Shown here one piece after another: positions 42,010 to 51,457 of a stretch of 64,000 nucleotides of DNA. The stretch covers positions 6,208,001-6,272,000 of the forward strand of contig CAVUSO010000001.1 of assembly GCA_963744145.1 (NCBI GenBank), given 5' to 3'. Each line of letters starts with the position of its first letter. Within the stretch, counting starts at the first letter, position 1. The translations under genes were made by a program, and so were the position numbers. The notes beneath the pieces are model-generated. The model was not told the origin of the DNA and ran no database searches. It worked only from the letters and a program-made list of their open reading frames with translations. The stretch is from an uncultured cyanobacterium. GTDB taxonomy: Bacteria; Cyanobacteriota; Cyanobacteriia; Cyanobacteriales; CAWUOF01.

Positions 42010-42513
42010 GTGATTAAAGATAACAGAATTGCTCATTTTACTCCCTGTGCGATCGCACTTGGTAGTAATCTCGGTAATTCCCATACTATTTTTGCGACTA
42101 CTCTCGCAATTCTTGATACTATCCCAGGGATTACCTTAAAATCTCGCTCTAGTTGGTATCAAACTCTGCCCGTTGGTCCACCACAACCTGATTATTTGAA
42201 TGGTTGTGCGCTCCTTGATGTCCAATTGACTCCCCAGGAATTGTTACAAAATCTACTGGAAATAGAACTAAAATTTGGTCGAATCCGACAGGAACGCTGG
42301 GGACCAAGAACTCTGGATCTAGATTTATTGTTGTTTGGAGACCTAATTTTAACCACTCCCACCCTGCAATTACCCCATCCAGAAATGTGCGATCGCCCGT
42401 TTGTCCTAATTCCTTTAGCCGAAATTGCTCCCGATTGGATCGAACCTGTGAGTGGAAAAGCGATCGCGGAACTTGCTCAAGGGATAGACTCAACTGGAGT
42501 CAAAAAATTGTAA
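42010..42513 (+). CDS. folK: 2-amino-4-hydroxy-6-hydroxymethyldihydropteridine diphosphokinase
   Basis: AIALGSNLG, QPDYLN, RWGPRTLDLDLL and LPHP..RPFVLIPL; GTG start at 42010. Confidence 0.92.
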   Translation: MIKDNRIAHFTPCAIALGSNLGNSHTIFATTLAILDTIPGITLKSRSSWYQTLPVGPPQPDYLNGCALLDVQLTPQELLQNLLEIELKFGRIRQERWGPRTLDLDLLLFGDLILTTPTLQLPHPEMCDRPFVLIPLAEIAPDWIEPVSGKAIAELAQGIDSTGVKKL

Positions 42514-42549
42514 ACTGAATCAGTTATTACTCTGGAGACAAATTGAATT

Positions 42550-42744
42550 ATGGCCATAGAATTGCAAGTCCCTTCGATGGTTTGCGGAAAATGCGTCGAA
42601 ACTATCACTAAAGCCATTAAAACCGTTGATGCGGATGCTACTATCTCTACAGATTTAGAGAAAAAAACTGTAACATTGGAGTCTTCCGCGACAGCAGAAT
42701 CATTTAAAGAAGCCATAATTAACAGTGGTCATACGATCGCTTAG
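42550..42744 (+). CDS. Heavy-metal-associated (CopZ/Atx1-like) chaperone
   Basis: MVCGKC metal-binding motif; 64 aa. Confidence 0.85.
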   Translation: MAIELQVPSMVCGKCVETITKAIKTVDADATISTDLEKKTVTLESSATAESFKEAIINSGHTIA

Positions 42745-42778
42745 GAAAATCTACCGTAATTGTCAAACTTAATTTCCT

Positions 42779-43339
42779 ATGTCCTTGTCCCATGAACCTC
42801 CCCAACTGATTCAACACCGTTTATCTTATTCGGGTCGTAAATTTGGCTTTGATGTTAATCGATATCGTCTTCCTAATGGTGCTGAAGGTGATTGGGAATG
42901 TATCCGTCATCCTGGGGGAGCTTTAGCTGTACCAGTTACTCCCGAAGGTAAGTTAATTTTAGTTAGACAATATCGGTTTGCAGTCCAGGGACGTTTATTA
43001 GAATTTCCCGCAGGTACTTTAGAACCAGATGAAGATGCACAGACCACAATTAAGCGTGAAATTGAAGAAGAAACTGGATATCGCGCTCATACATGGCAAA
43101 AATTAGGAGAATTTTTCCTTGCTCCTGGTTATTCCGATGAAATTATTTATGCTTTTCTAGCTCAGAATTTGGAAAAACTAGAAATTCCTCCCCACCAAGA
43201 TGATGATGAAGATCTAGAAACAGTTTTACTTACTCCTGCTGAACTAGAACAAGCTATTTTTCAAGGAGAGCCGATTGATGCTAAATCAATTACAAGTTTT
43301 TTCTTAGCCCGTCCATTTTTAGGTAAAATCATTAAATGA
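42779..43339 (+). CDS. NUDIX hydrolase (ADP-ribose pyrophosphatase-like)
   Basis: Nudix box PAGTLEPDEDAQTTIKREIEEETGY. Confidence 0.9.
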   Translation: MSLSHEPPQLIQHRLSYSGRKFGFDVNRYRLPNGAEGDWECIRHPGGALAVPVTPEGKLILVRQYRFAVQGRLLEFPAGTLEPDEDAQTTIKREIEEETGYRAHTWQKLGEFFLAPGYSDEIIYAFLAQNLEKLEIPPHQDDDEDLETVLLTPAELEQAIFQGEPIDAKSITSFFLARPFLGKIIK

Positions 43340-43410
43340 GTATTTATACTTAATCTGTTGCTGATTCTTTTTGGTATGCTGACAGAAAGACTAAGTTTCC
43401 TTGTAAAACG

Positions 43411-45798
43411 ATGACCAGTAACCCAGGACTAACTACTGTTGTTAGAAGCAATCCGTACTTAGAGCTAAATAATCAGGGACAGGTTTTCCATGTAGAGTTA
43501 ACCAGAAGTGAACATAGATTAGGACGCGATCGGGATTTTGCTGATTTAGTTGTTCCCCCTGATTGGCAAATTGTTTCTCGTCGTTGTCATGCGATTTTGC
43601 GTCAAGCAAATTCTGATTATTGGATCTATGATGGAGATGGTTATCAACCGAGTAGTAATGGTTTATTTCACGATCATGTTCGGATTACCCCGACAGAAGG
43701 TTTTTATCTGAAAAACGGTACTCAACTGTGGATTGGTCAAAATCCTTATGATAAAATACTGCTCACTTATTTTAACCCTTTAAGTAACTCTATTCTAATT
43801 CCACCAACTCAGAAATCTATTTCTTTAAAAAATCGCTCCGTTTTACTAGGTCGTGATCCGGGTGCAACTCTTCATTTAGATTCTCCGATTGTTTCTCGTC
43901 GTCATGCAACTATTGAACCTCATGCTAAAAGGGGATATATTCTGCAAGACTTTAGTGCTAATGGAGTATTTGTCAATGGACAGCGAGTTCAAGATTCGAT
44001 CCAACTGATTAAGGATGCGACAATTCGGATTGGTCCGTTTACTTTACTATTCCATCAAGATGAATTAAAGGTTCAAGATCAAGGTAATCAAATTCGCTTA
44101 GATGCTGATGATCTGAACATTAAGAAACGTCTTGATCATATTACTTTAGCAATTGAACCAGGTCAATTTGTCGCTTTAGTTGGTGGTAGTGGTGCGGGTA
44201 AATCCACTTTAATGAAAACTCTATTAGGGATTGAAAAAACTCATAGCGGTGTAGTTTATTTGAATGGTGATGATTTACGGAAAAATTTTAATATTTATCG
44301 CACTCAAATTGGTTATGTACCTCAAGATGATATTATTCACCAAGATTTAACTGTCACCGAAGTTTTAAGATATGCAGCTAAGTTACGATTACCACCAGAT
44401 ATTGAAATTGAACAAGTAGTTCAAAAGACTTTAGATGATATTGGAATGCTCCATAAACGCAATGCTTTAGTCAAGAATTTAAGTGGTGGTCAGCGCAAAC
44501 GGGTTAGTATTGGGGTAGAATTAATTGCTGATCCAAAATTATTTTTCCTTGATGAACCGACTTCAGGATTAGATCCTGGTCGCGATTACATGATGATGCA
44601 ACTGATGCGAAAGTTAGCAAATGAAGGTCGTACTGTGATTTTAGTTACTCACGCAACAGCAAATATTAAAATGTGCGATCGCATTGTTTTTTTAGGTAGA
44701 GGTGGTCGTCTTTGTTATTTTGGTCCTCCCCAAGAAGCGCTAGATTTTTTTGAGCTAAAAGATCAAAATTTTGCTGATATTTATATCAAACTAGAACCAG
44801 AAGAAGAGGAAAAAACTGAAGCGATCGTTTTAAACTCTGCTTATAAATTTAGTAAATCTTCCTATTATCAAACCTATATTGAAAATCACCTGAGTCGTCC
44901 CGGGACAATTGCCCAATCAGTAGCTGTTTCCGCTCAACAGGTTAATCCTTCCTTTTTTCAACAATTATTAATTCTGTGTCAGCGTTATGCTCAGTTAATT
45001 TGGCGCGATCGCACTAATTTAGTTCTTTCCCTATTAACAGCACCGATCGGGATTAGTTTAATTACCTTAGCAATTAAAGAGAATCCTTTAATTCCTAGTG
45101 ATCCTTTAGACGCAAAAACAGCACCTTTAGCTCTTCGCGTCTTATTTGTTTTTACCAGTGCTGCTTTATGGGTGGGGTTATCGACTGCTGTCCAAGAAAT
45201 TGTAAAAGAAGCACCGATTTATATCCGGGAAAGATTAGTAAATTTAGGTTTATTTGCTTATTTAGGTTCTAAAGTCTTAATTTTAGGAGGATTAGCGATT
45301 TTCCAAACCTTATTAATGAGTTTGGTAATTATCCTCTGTTTTAAATCTCCATCTCCAGAATTAATTTCCTGGTCTTTAGGTGTAACTATTACGACATTTT
45401 TGACTCTTTTAACCAGTCTTTGTTTAGGATTGATGGTATCTGCGATCGCTAAAAATGGTTCTCAAGCTAATAGTACCTTACCTTTATTATTATTGCCTCA
45501 GATTATCTTTTCTGGAGTATTATTTAAAATGGAAGGATTAGCTAGTAAGGTATCTTGGTTAATGTTAAGTCGCTGGTCTGTTGGTGCTTATGCTTCTTTA
45601 GTCAATGTCAACGCAATGAATCCTAAAGATCCGATTAAGTTACCAGATGGTACAACTATTGATTTTCCCTTTCAACCTACAGGTGCTTACGATCCAACCT
45701 GGGATAATCTTAATCTCAATTGGGGAATGCTGGGTTTGCATTCATTAATTTATTTAACTATTACATGGTTGTTGCAAAAACGCAAAGATATCCTTTAA
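43411..45798 (+). CDS. FHA-FHA-ABC transporter (ATPase + ABC-2 permease)
   Basis: Two FHA domains (LGRD..VSRRCHA..SSNG; LGRD..VSRRHA..SANG); Walker A GGSGAGKS; LSGGQRKR; FLDEPTSG; six TM helices. Confidence 0.9.
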   Translation: MTSNPGLTTVVRSNPYLELNNQGQVFHVELTRSEHRLGRDRDFADLVVPPDWQIVSRRCHAILRQANSDYWIYDGDGYQPSSNGLFHDHVRITPTEGFYLKNGTQLWIGQNPYDKILLTYFNPLSNSILIPPTQKSISLKNRSVLLGRDPGATLHLDSPIVSRRHATIEPHAKRGYILQDFSANGVFVNGQRVQDSIQLIKDATIRIGPFTLLFHQDELKVQDQGNQIRLDADDLNIKKRLDHITLAIEPGQFVALVGGSGAGKSTLMKTLLGIEKTHSGVVYLNGDDLRKNFNIYRTQIGYVPQDDIIHQDLTVTEVLRYAAKLRLPPDIEIEQVVQKTLDDIGMLHKRNALVKNLSGGQRKRVSIGVELIADPKLFFLDEPTSGLDPGRDYMMMQLMRKLANEGRTVILVTHATANIKMCDRIVFLGRGGRLCYFGPPQEALDFFELKDQNFADIYIKLEPEEEEKTEAIVLNSAYKFSKSSYYQTYIENHLSRPGTIAQSVAVSAQQVNPSFFQQLLILCQRYAQLIWRDRTNLVLSLLTAPIGISLITLAIKENPLIPSDPLDAKTAPLALRVLFVFTSAALWVGLSTAVQEIVKEAPIYIRERLVNLGLFAYLGSKVLILGGLAIFQTLLMSLVIILCFKSPSPELISWSLGVTITTFLTLLTSLCLGLMVSAIAKNGSQANSTLPLLLLPQIIFSGVLFKMEGLASKVSWLMLSRWSVGAYASLVNVNAMNPKDPIKLPDGTTIDFPFQPTGAYDPTWDNLNLNWGMLGLHSLIYLTITWLLQKRKDIL

Positions 45799-45815
45799 GA
45801 CTGATTAACTGGAAA

Positions 45816-47489
45816 TTAGGATTGTTTGACACAATTACCAGTAATTCGATTTCCAGCAACCCAACCAATAGATTTAGATTTCTGAATTTTATATCCATAC
45901 CAACCGTCTTTTTCTTGGATCACATTAATTTTAGTACCATTTTTGAGGGTTGTCACAATTGATGAATTAGCATCAGGTTCAGATCGGACATTTAAAGGTG
46001 GATTGGGATCAGTAACTTTAGCTTGACAACCTTGAAAAGTAGCAACTGGTGAACTTGTAGCTATTGGTGTTTGGGGTGAAGGTGGTACTGATGGACTGAC
46101 TGAAGGAGTAGGAAATATAATCGGAGGAGTATTGATCGGGGTGTTTACTACTTGAGGGGATGGGGTTGATCCATTATGATCAGGAGCAGGTGTGATAACA
46201 GAGGGAGAATCCGTTGGTGGTTTCGTGACAGGAGAAACAGTCGGACTAGGAGACTTTTCGCTGACGATATTAGGTGATAAGGTAATATTAATTGTCGGAA
46301 CAGATTGAGGGTGGGAATTCTTTTTGACTGTTGATTTTTTTGGAGATGGAGAAGTTGTTGTTGGTTGAGTTGGTGATGCTGAAGGTAAAGTGGTAGTAGT
46401 TGGTGATTCTAATTGAGATTGAGCAGATGGTGTAGAAGATTTGATTCCGAAAATTATACCGACAATCATTGCACCGATAACTCCCGTTGCGATTAAACCT
46501 CCGATGAGAATTGCTTCTTGAGAATTACTTGGACTTACCGATCGCTGGGGAATATGATTAGGTCGAGGGTAAGTTACTTTCCGAGATGATATTCCTGAAG
46601 TATAGGGAATTGTCTGATTAGATGCTAATCCAGATGTCAATTCAGGTAAAGGGGGAACTGAGGGGTAAATAATTGGGGATAATGCGTTTAACATTGCTTG
46701 AGCAGTAGGAAAGCGATCGCGAGGATGGGATTTAATTGCTTGATCTAGTACCATTGCGAAAGCTGGACTCACTGATGGTGCATAATGTCTCCACAGAATT
46801 TCTGCACTTCCTGGATCTATATCTAACTTTTGCGGCATCTTACCAGTTAACATATAGATCGCAGTTAAACCTAAACTATATAAATCGCTAGCATATACTG
46901 GTCTTCCATTAGCTTGTTCAGCGGGCATAAAACCAGGTGTACCAATCATAATGGTATTACTTTTACCATCGGGAGATGGTAGTACCCCCATGGTTTCTTT
47001 CACAGCACCAAAATCAATTAGAACTGGTTTTCCATCCCGTTGTCTAAGGATAATATTATCCGGTTTGATATCGCGATGAATAATATGTTTACTGTGAATG
47101 TAATCGAGCAGTGTTAATAAACTGACTAAAATATCCAAGACTACATTTTCTGGGAGAATTCCTTGATCTCTCACTTTATGGGTGAGAGTTATACCTTCAA
47201 CCCATTCTTGGACTAAATAAAATTGTCCATTTTCAGAAAAATAAGCATAAAGACGGGGAATTTGATCATTATGTTCACCTAGTTCTTCTAAAACTGCTGC
47301 TTCCCGTGGGAACCGCTCTTGAGCAATATCGGTCATTTGGGAAGTATTGACGATCGGTTTTAGTTGTTTAATCACACAACGGCGATTAGAGGGCATTTGA
47401 GTATCTTCGGCGAGAAAGGTTTCTCCAAATCCACCACGAGCTAAGGATTGCAAAATTTGATAACGGTTGTTTAAGAGTAATTGGGTCAT
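45816..47489 (-). CDS. Membrane Ser/Thr protein kinase with Pro/Ser/Thr linker and C-terminal SH3b domain
   Basis: LARGGFG, HRDIKPDN, DFG; TM; LNVRSEP..GWV. Confidence 0.9.
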   Translation of the reverse strand: MTQLLLNNRYQILQSLARGGFGETFLAEDTQMPSNRRCVIKQLKPIVNTSQMTDIAQERFPREAAVLEELGEHNDQIPRLYAYFSENGQFYLVQEWVEGITLTHKVRDQGILPENVVLDILVSLLTLLDYIHSKHIIHRDIKPDNIILRQRDGKPVLIDFGAVKETMGVLPSPDGKSNTIMIGTPGFMPAEQANGRPVYASDLYSLGLTAIYMLTGKMPQKLDIDPGSAEILWRHYAPSVSPAFAMVLDQAIKSHPRDRFPTAQAMLNALSPIIYPSVPPLPELTSGLASNQTIPYTSGISSRKVTYPRPNHIPQRSVSPSNSQEAILIGGLIATGVIGAMIVGIIFGIKSSTPSAQSQLESPTTTTLPSASPTQPTTTSPSPKKSTVKKNSHPQSVPTINITLSPNIVSEKSPSPTVSPVTKPPTDSPSVITPAPDHNGSTPSPQVVNTPINTPPIIFPTPSVSPSVPPSPQTPIATSSPVATFQGCQAKVTDPNPPLNVRSEPDANSSIVTTLKNGTKINVIQEKDGWYGYKIQKSKSIGWVAGNRITGNCVKQS

Positions 47490-47732
47490 TTTAGTGAGAG
47501 ATTTAATTGATTAGAACTTATTATATTTTATTTTAATCAGGAACATGGATAGATTAAATGTATTTCTCAATTTCTTCATTGGTCATACTGATCCCATTTT
47601 GCCAAATTTCATATTCACTAATACCAACATGATAAATTTGCCATTTTGGTCAATCGTTCCACCTCCGCTTATTTCTCCTTGCTACAATTAGAAATGATTA
47701 GTAATCTAAAGATAAGCTAAGAGAGAAAGCTG

Positions 47733-48407
47733 ATGATATCTGCTAATGCCATTTCTGGGAAATTAACAATTCCGACCTTAGAAAACGGCGATCGGCTCAC
47801 CCGAGTTGAATTTGAGCGTCGTTATCAAGCTATGCCCGATCTCAAAAAAGCCGAATTAATTGAAGGTATTGTCTATATGGCATCCCCCTTGCGAATCAAA
47901 AATCATGGAAATCCTCATGCTCGCATTATTACTTGGTTAGGAAACTATTGGTCAGTGACACCAGGAATTGAATTGGGGGATAATGCTACAGTACGTCTTG
48001 ATCTTGATAACGAACCTCAACCAGATGCACTACTGAGAATTGAAGTTGGTGGACAATCAACCATTAGTCAGGATGGCTATGTAGAAGGTGCCCCGGAATT
48101 GATCGCTGAAATTGCCGCTAGTACAGTTTCTATTGATTTACATAAAAAATTAACAGTTTACCGTCGCCATCAAGTCCAAGAATATTTAATTTGGCGAGTT
48201 GATGATCAAGAATTCGATTGGTTTCGGCTAAATAATGGGGAATATATTCAACTCGAACCGAACTCGGAAGGTGTTATTTGCTCTCAAATCTTTCCCGGTT
48301 TATGGTTAGATAAAGCGGCTTTATTAAGAGGTGATTTGGCGAAAGTCTTAACGGTTTTACACCGGGGTTTGGTAACTAAAGAACATCAAGAATTTGTCGA
48401 GAAATAG
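47733..48407 (+). CDS. Uma2-family PD-(D/E)XK endonuclease
   Basis: LENGDRLTRVEFERRY, EPQPDA and GAPELIAEIAAS. Confidence 0.9.
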   Translation: MISANAISGKLTIPTLENGDRLTRVEFERRYQAMPDLKKAELIEGIVYMASPLRIKNHGNPHARIITWLGNYWSVTPGIELGDNATVRLDLDNEPQPDALLRIEVGGQSTISQDGYVEGAPELIAEIAASTVSIDLHKKLTVYRRHQVQEYLIWRVDDQEFDWFRLNNGEYIQLEPNSEGVICSQIFPGLWLDKAALLRGDLAKVLTVLHRGLVTKEHQEFVEK

Positions 48408-48490
48408 TCAGGTGTTCGCTCCTAATTTAGATTCAGAATTTGAAAGACGATTGCATTTTATTTGTCGAAATTTCCCCATAAGGAGCAAAT

Positions 48491-48634
48491 ATGATGGGAG
48501 CAGTTATGACTAACGTAAAACTAACAAATGCGGTAGATAAAGCATTAGTAAGTCGGGGGTTACTCGCACCCAAGTTGTTACGCGAGTGTGAAGCAGAAGC
48601 TTTAGTCGATCCGGGCGATAATTTGACCTTATGA
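48491..48634 (+). pseudogene. Truncated clan AA (retropepsin-like) aspartic protease fragment
   Basis: MMGAVMTNVKLTNAVDKALVSRGLLAPKLLRECEAEALVDPG; ends right after the degenerate ALVD(T)G catalytic motif; AGGAG SD upstream. Confidence 0.5.
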
Positions 48635-49230
48635 CTTCTACTTCTTACATAGCTCGCACAAATAATGCCTTTATCCTCACCGAAACAGTGCAAGTGGCGC
48701 AACTAATGCACCAAGGAGCTACCCTTGATGAAATTCGCCGACAAGTCATAGTAGAAGACTTATTTCAATTGCGATCGCTAACTTCCCGTCGTCGGGTATT
48801 GAACACAGTCCTACAACGGTTGCAAAAAGTAGATTCTAGTTACATTAAATTGCTAGCCATCAGCAATATTGATATCCGTCGCTTGACCAACTTGTTGTTA
48901 ATTTTGCGATCGGATCGTCTCCTCAGATAACTAATTGATGAAGTATTGTTAGATAAGCTTAAGTGCTTTGTTTTTACAGTTAATTTAGCTGACTTAAGAA
49001 GCTTCTTCGAGATGAAACGCGAACAAAGCCCAACAGTAGCAAAGTGGTCGAATTCAACCTATCAAAAAACTGCAAGTAATACAGTATTAATACTGGTAAA
49101 TGTCCATTTACTTCACCCCATCAAACCTCGTGGGAATTATGAAATTCGACCTGTTCCTATTCCAGAGGCGCTACGTCAACAACTCTTACTTGATGGAGCA
49201 GAACTTTACCTACGTTTGATGCTCAACTAA
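48631..49230 (+). pseudogene. brxA: BREX BrxA (DUF1819) with an internal nonsense codon at 48928-30
   Basis: Two same-frame ORFs: EDLFQLRSLTSRRRV..DRLLR*LIDEVLLDK..FFEMKREQSPTVAKWSNSTYQK. Confidence 0.8.
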
Positions 49231-49500
49231 CCCCTAGTGCTTTGAATGTTGCATCGACAGGATCGGTGTAGAAAGAGGTTTGGAACTTGACAAACAGTTC
49301 AGGAGGTACGGTAGTGTTTTACGGACACCCTGTACATCTCGCTGCTTCAGGTTATTTCCCAGACGAAAATAGCGATCGATCGCATCGCCAAAGCTACGTT
49401 TCCGCATTTCCCGCAGCCATTCAGCTAGATAATCCACAATAAAACCATATTGTTTAGTAAAGTTTTGCGGACTAAATTTAGAAATTTCCCAACCAGGAAT
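49223..49500 (-). pseudogene. brxL: BREX BrxL (Lon-like) remnants: internal piece fused to the extreme C-terminus
   Basis: IPGWEISKFSPQNFTKQYGFIVDYLAEWLREMRKRSFGDAIDRYFRLGNNLKQRD..VRKT, then in another frame TVPPELFVKFQTSFYTDPVDATFKALGVS*. Confidence 0.8.
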
Positions 49501-49850
49501 ATCGCATAAGCTCGTTGTCCAGGGTTAATAAATTGGGCTTTTAAACTATTGGGAAGTGACCCCTGTAACGACTTTTCAAAATGAGTGATCAGAAGTTGCA
49601 CGAATAACTTCTGCAAGCTGGGGGTAGAGTCAGCAAAACCTGTATGTTCCTGTACTATTTGCCAGAAATCTTGGGGATTAACAAAACTTTCAATATTTTT
49701 CCAAAGTAGATTATCTGATTCTAATAAACCCTTTAGCAAAACTTGCCGAATCATTGCACCTGCATCGGGTACTTTTAACCCACTTAGAACTGATAACATT
49801 GCCAAAATTAACCCCCGTTCGTCGGTATCTGAGGGTAAAGCCAATTTCTC
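49501..49850 (-). pseudogene. pglZ: BREX PglZ N-terminal-region fragment
   Basis: TDERGLILAMLSVLSG..NLLWKNIESF..FWQIVQEHTGFADSTPSLQKLFVQLLITHF resembles the type A PglZ N-terminal region; located just before brxL. Confidence 0.6.
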
Positions 49851-50562
49851 CCCGATCGCCATCAAACCACAGGTCTGTAGCATGGGGAATACAGTTTAAA
49901 ATTGCCAATTTGACGACTTGATACCCCGCTCGCATTATTCCTTGATGGTTGATGGCTTCGATCGCTTCTTTTTGAAACCAAGTTTGTAAATCAGCCAGAC
50001 GAATCCGTTCATCTAAACAATCATAAAAAGCTTCCCAACGACGGGAAGGATTGATGGTTTGTTTGGCTTTTTGTTCGCGCTGGTTAGATGGTAACCAAGC
50101 CCGACCTGCGCCATAGTAAGCTATTACTGGAAACCAAATTTTTGACCCATTCCGATCTGCTTCAAACAAATTACTGATAATATCTAAAGCTGTTTTTGCC
50201 TCCTTATTTATGGTTCTTGAACCTAGCTGAGGTATTTGTCGTAACCAATTAATATTTTGCTCATTACCAAGGCTACCTGTAACATTTATTTGCACTGGTT
50301 TACATTCAATAAATTGGATGCGATCGCCTGATTGAATAGCTTTTAAATGGATTTCTTGGGGTAAAATATTTCGCCGACTGTTGGTTAAGGTAGAATCTGG
50401 TGCGTTGACTAACCAAATTCCAGCCGCGATCGCGAGAGCATCAAGAATGGTGGTTTTCCCTGTACCATTATCACCAACTAATATGGTTAGTTGCGGATGC
50501 AGATTAAGGGTTAATTCGGAAAATTTTTTGAAATTTTTGATCCTAATTTGGTCAATTTGCAT
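49851..50562 (-). pseudogene. ABC/AAA-type ATPase (PtuA/AriA-like), C-terminally truncated
   Basis: IRIKNFKKF..LVGDNGTGKTTILDAL..PVIAYYGAGRAW; signature motif and Walker B missing after LWFDGDRGEI. Confidence 0.75.
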
Positions 50563-51129
50563 CTGATTATTTTTAATTTATATAACGTTACAGCGGATTA
50601 CCCGTTGATCAAGTACAGTCAGTTATCTCGTTTGGTTGGACGGGTTGATGATGGCGATCGATTTGGATCAGAATTAATTGGTAAACCCGCCCCTCGCCAA
50701 CCCACCTTGTCATTGCGAGCGATCGCGAAGCAATCTCCAGTAGATGACTTGACTACACTACGTGATCTTTGCTATTATATGATAATTTTTGAATAGAAGT
50801 ATTGATGCTGTAAAATCACTTCATAAAGCATATCAATATCCTGATAAAATTATTAATGAAACGATGTGGAATGAAATTGATTTAGAAAATCTATCAACAG
50901 ATACTATAGAGTTCATTTCTAAAGTTACTAATATAGTATATAATAAACTAGATAATTTTACTAGATAATAATGCTTTATTAAAAGTCAAGATGTTAATAA
51001 AGCATTACGAAATATTTTTGGAAATACTATTGATGCTGATTTTAATACTGTAAGAGAGGGGTTATTCTCATATACAGCCTATTCCAGGTTTATGAAGTAT
51101 AGCAGTGTTGTCTGTAAGATCAGATGGGT

Positions 51130-51295
51130 TATGTCTCGACTACGCCTTGTGTTGAGCGTAGTCGAAACATCGACACAAGAGTTCATTAAGGTGATCTGTG
51201 GGGCAGGGCGGGTTTATCAATACCTCGACTTCGCTCGGCACAAGGGTTATTTGTGTGTGGCAAATTCATCGGTGAACCCGCCCCCACCCACAGAT
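51130..51295. repeat. REP-like palindromes
   Basis: TCGACTACGC..GCGTAGTCGA and GGGCGGGTT..AACCCGCCC hairpins; similar elements at about 50638-50740. Confidence 0.55.
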
Positions 51296-51457
51296 CAATC
51301 CTATCAATGTATCTTCATCATCAATTGGTATTATCATCTTTAAAAGTATTGAATAGGCGAAGTTCTTGACCATCGTAGGAACCAGGGAAAAACATCACCA
51401 ATGGTATGGCGCTCGAGAACTGGGTGTAAATTATTGAGGATAGTATGCTATCCGCTA

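Noticed and set aside
50790..51090. AT-rich gene-like debris inside the BREX island
   Set aside because: It contains stops and no motif I can assign; left uncalled.
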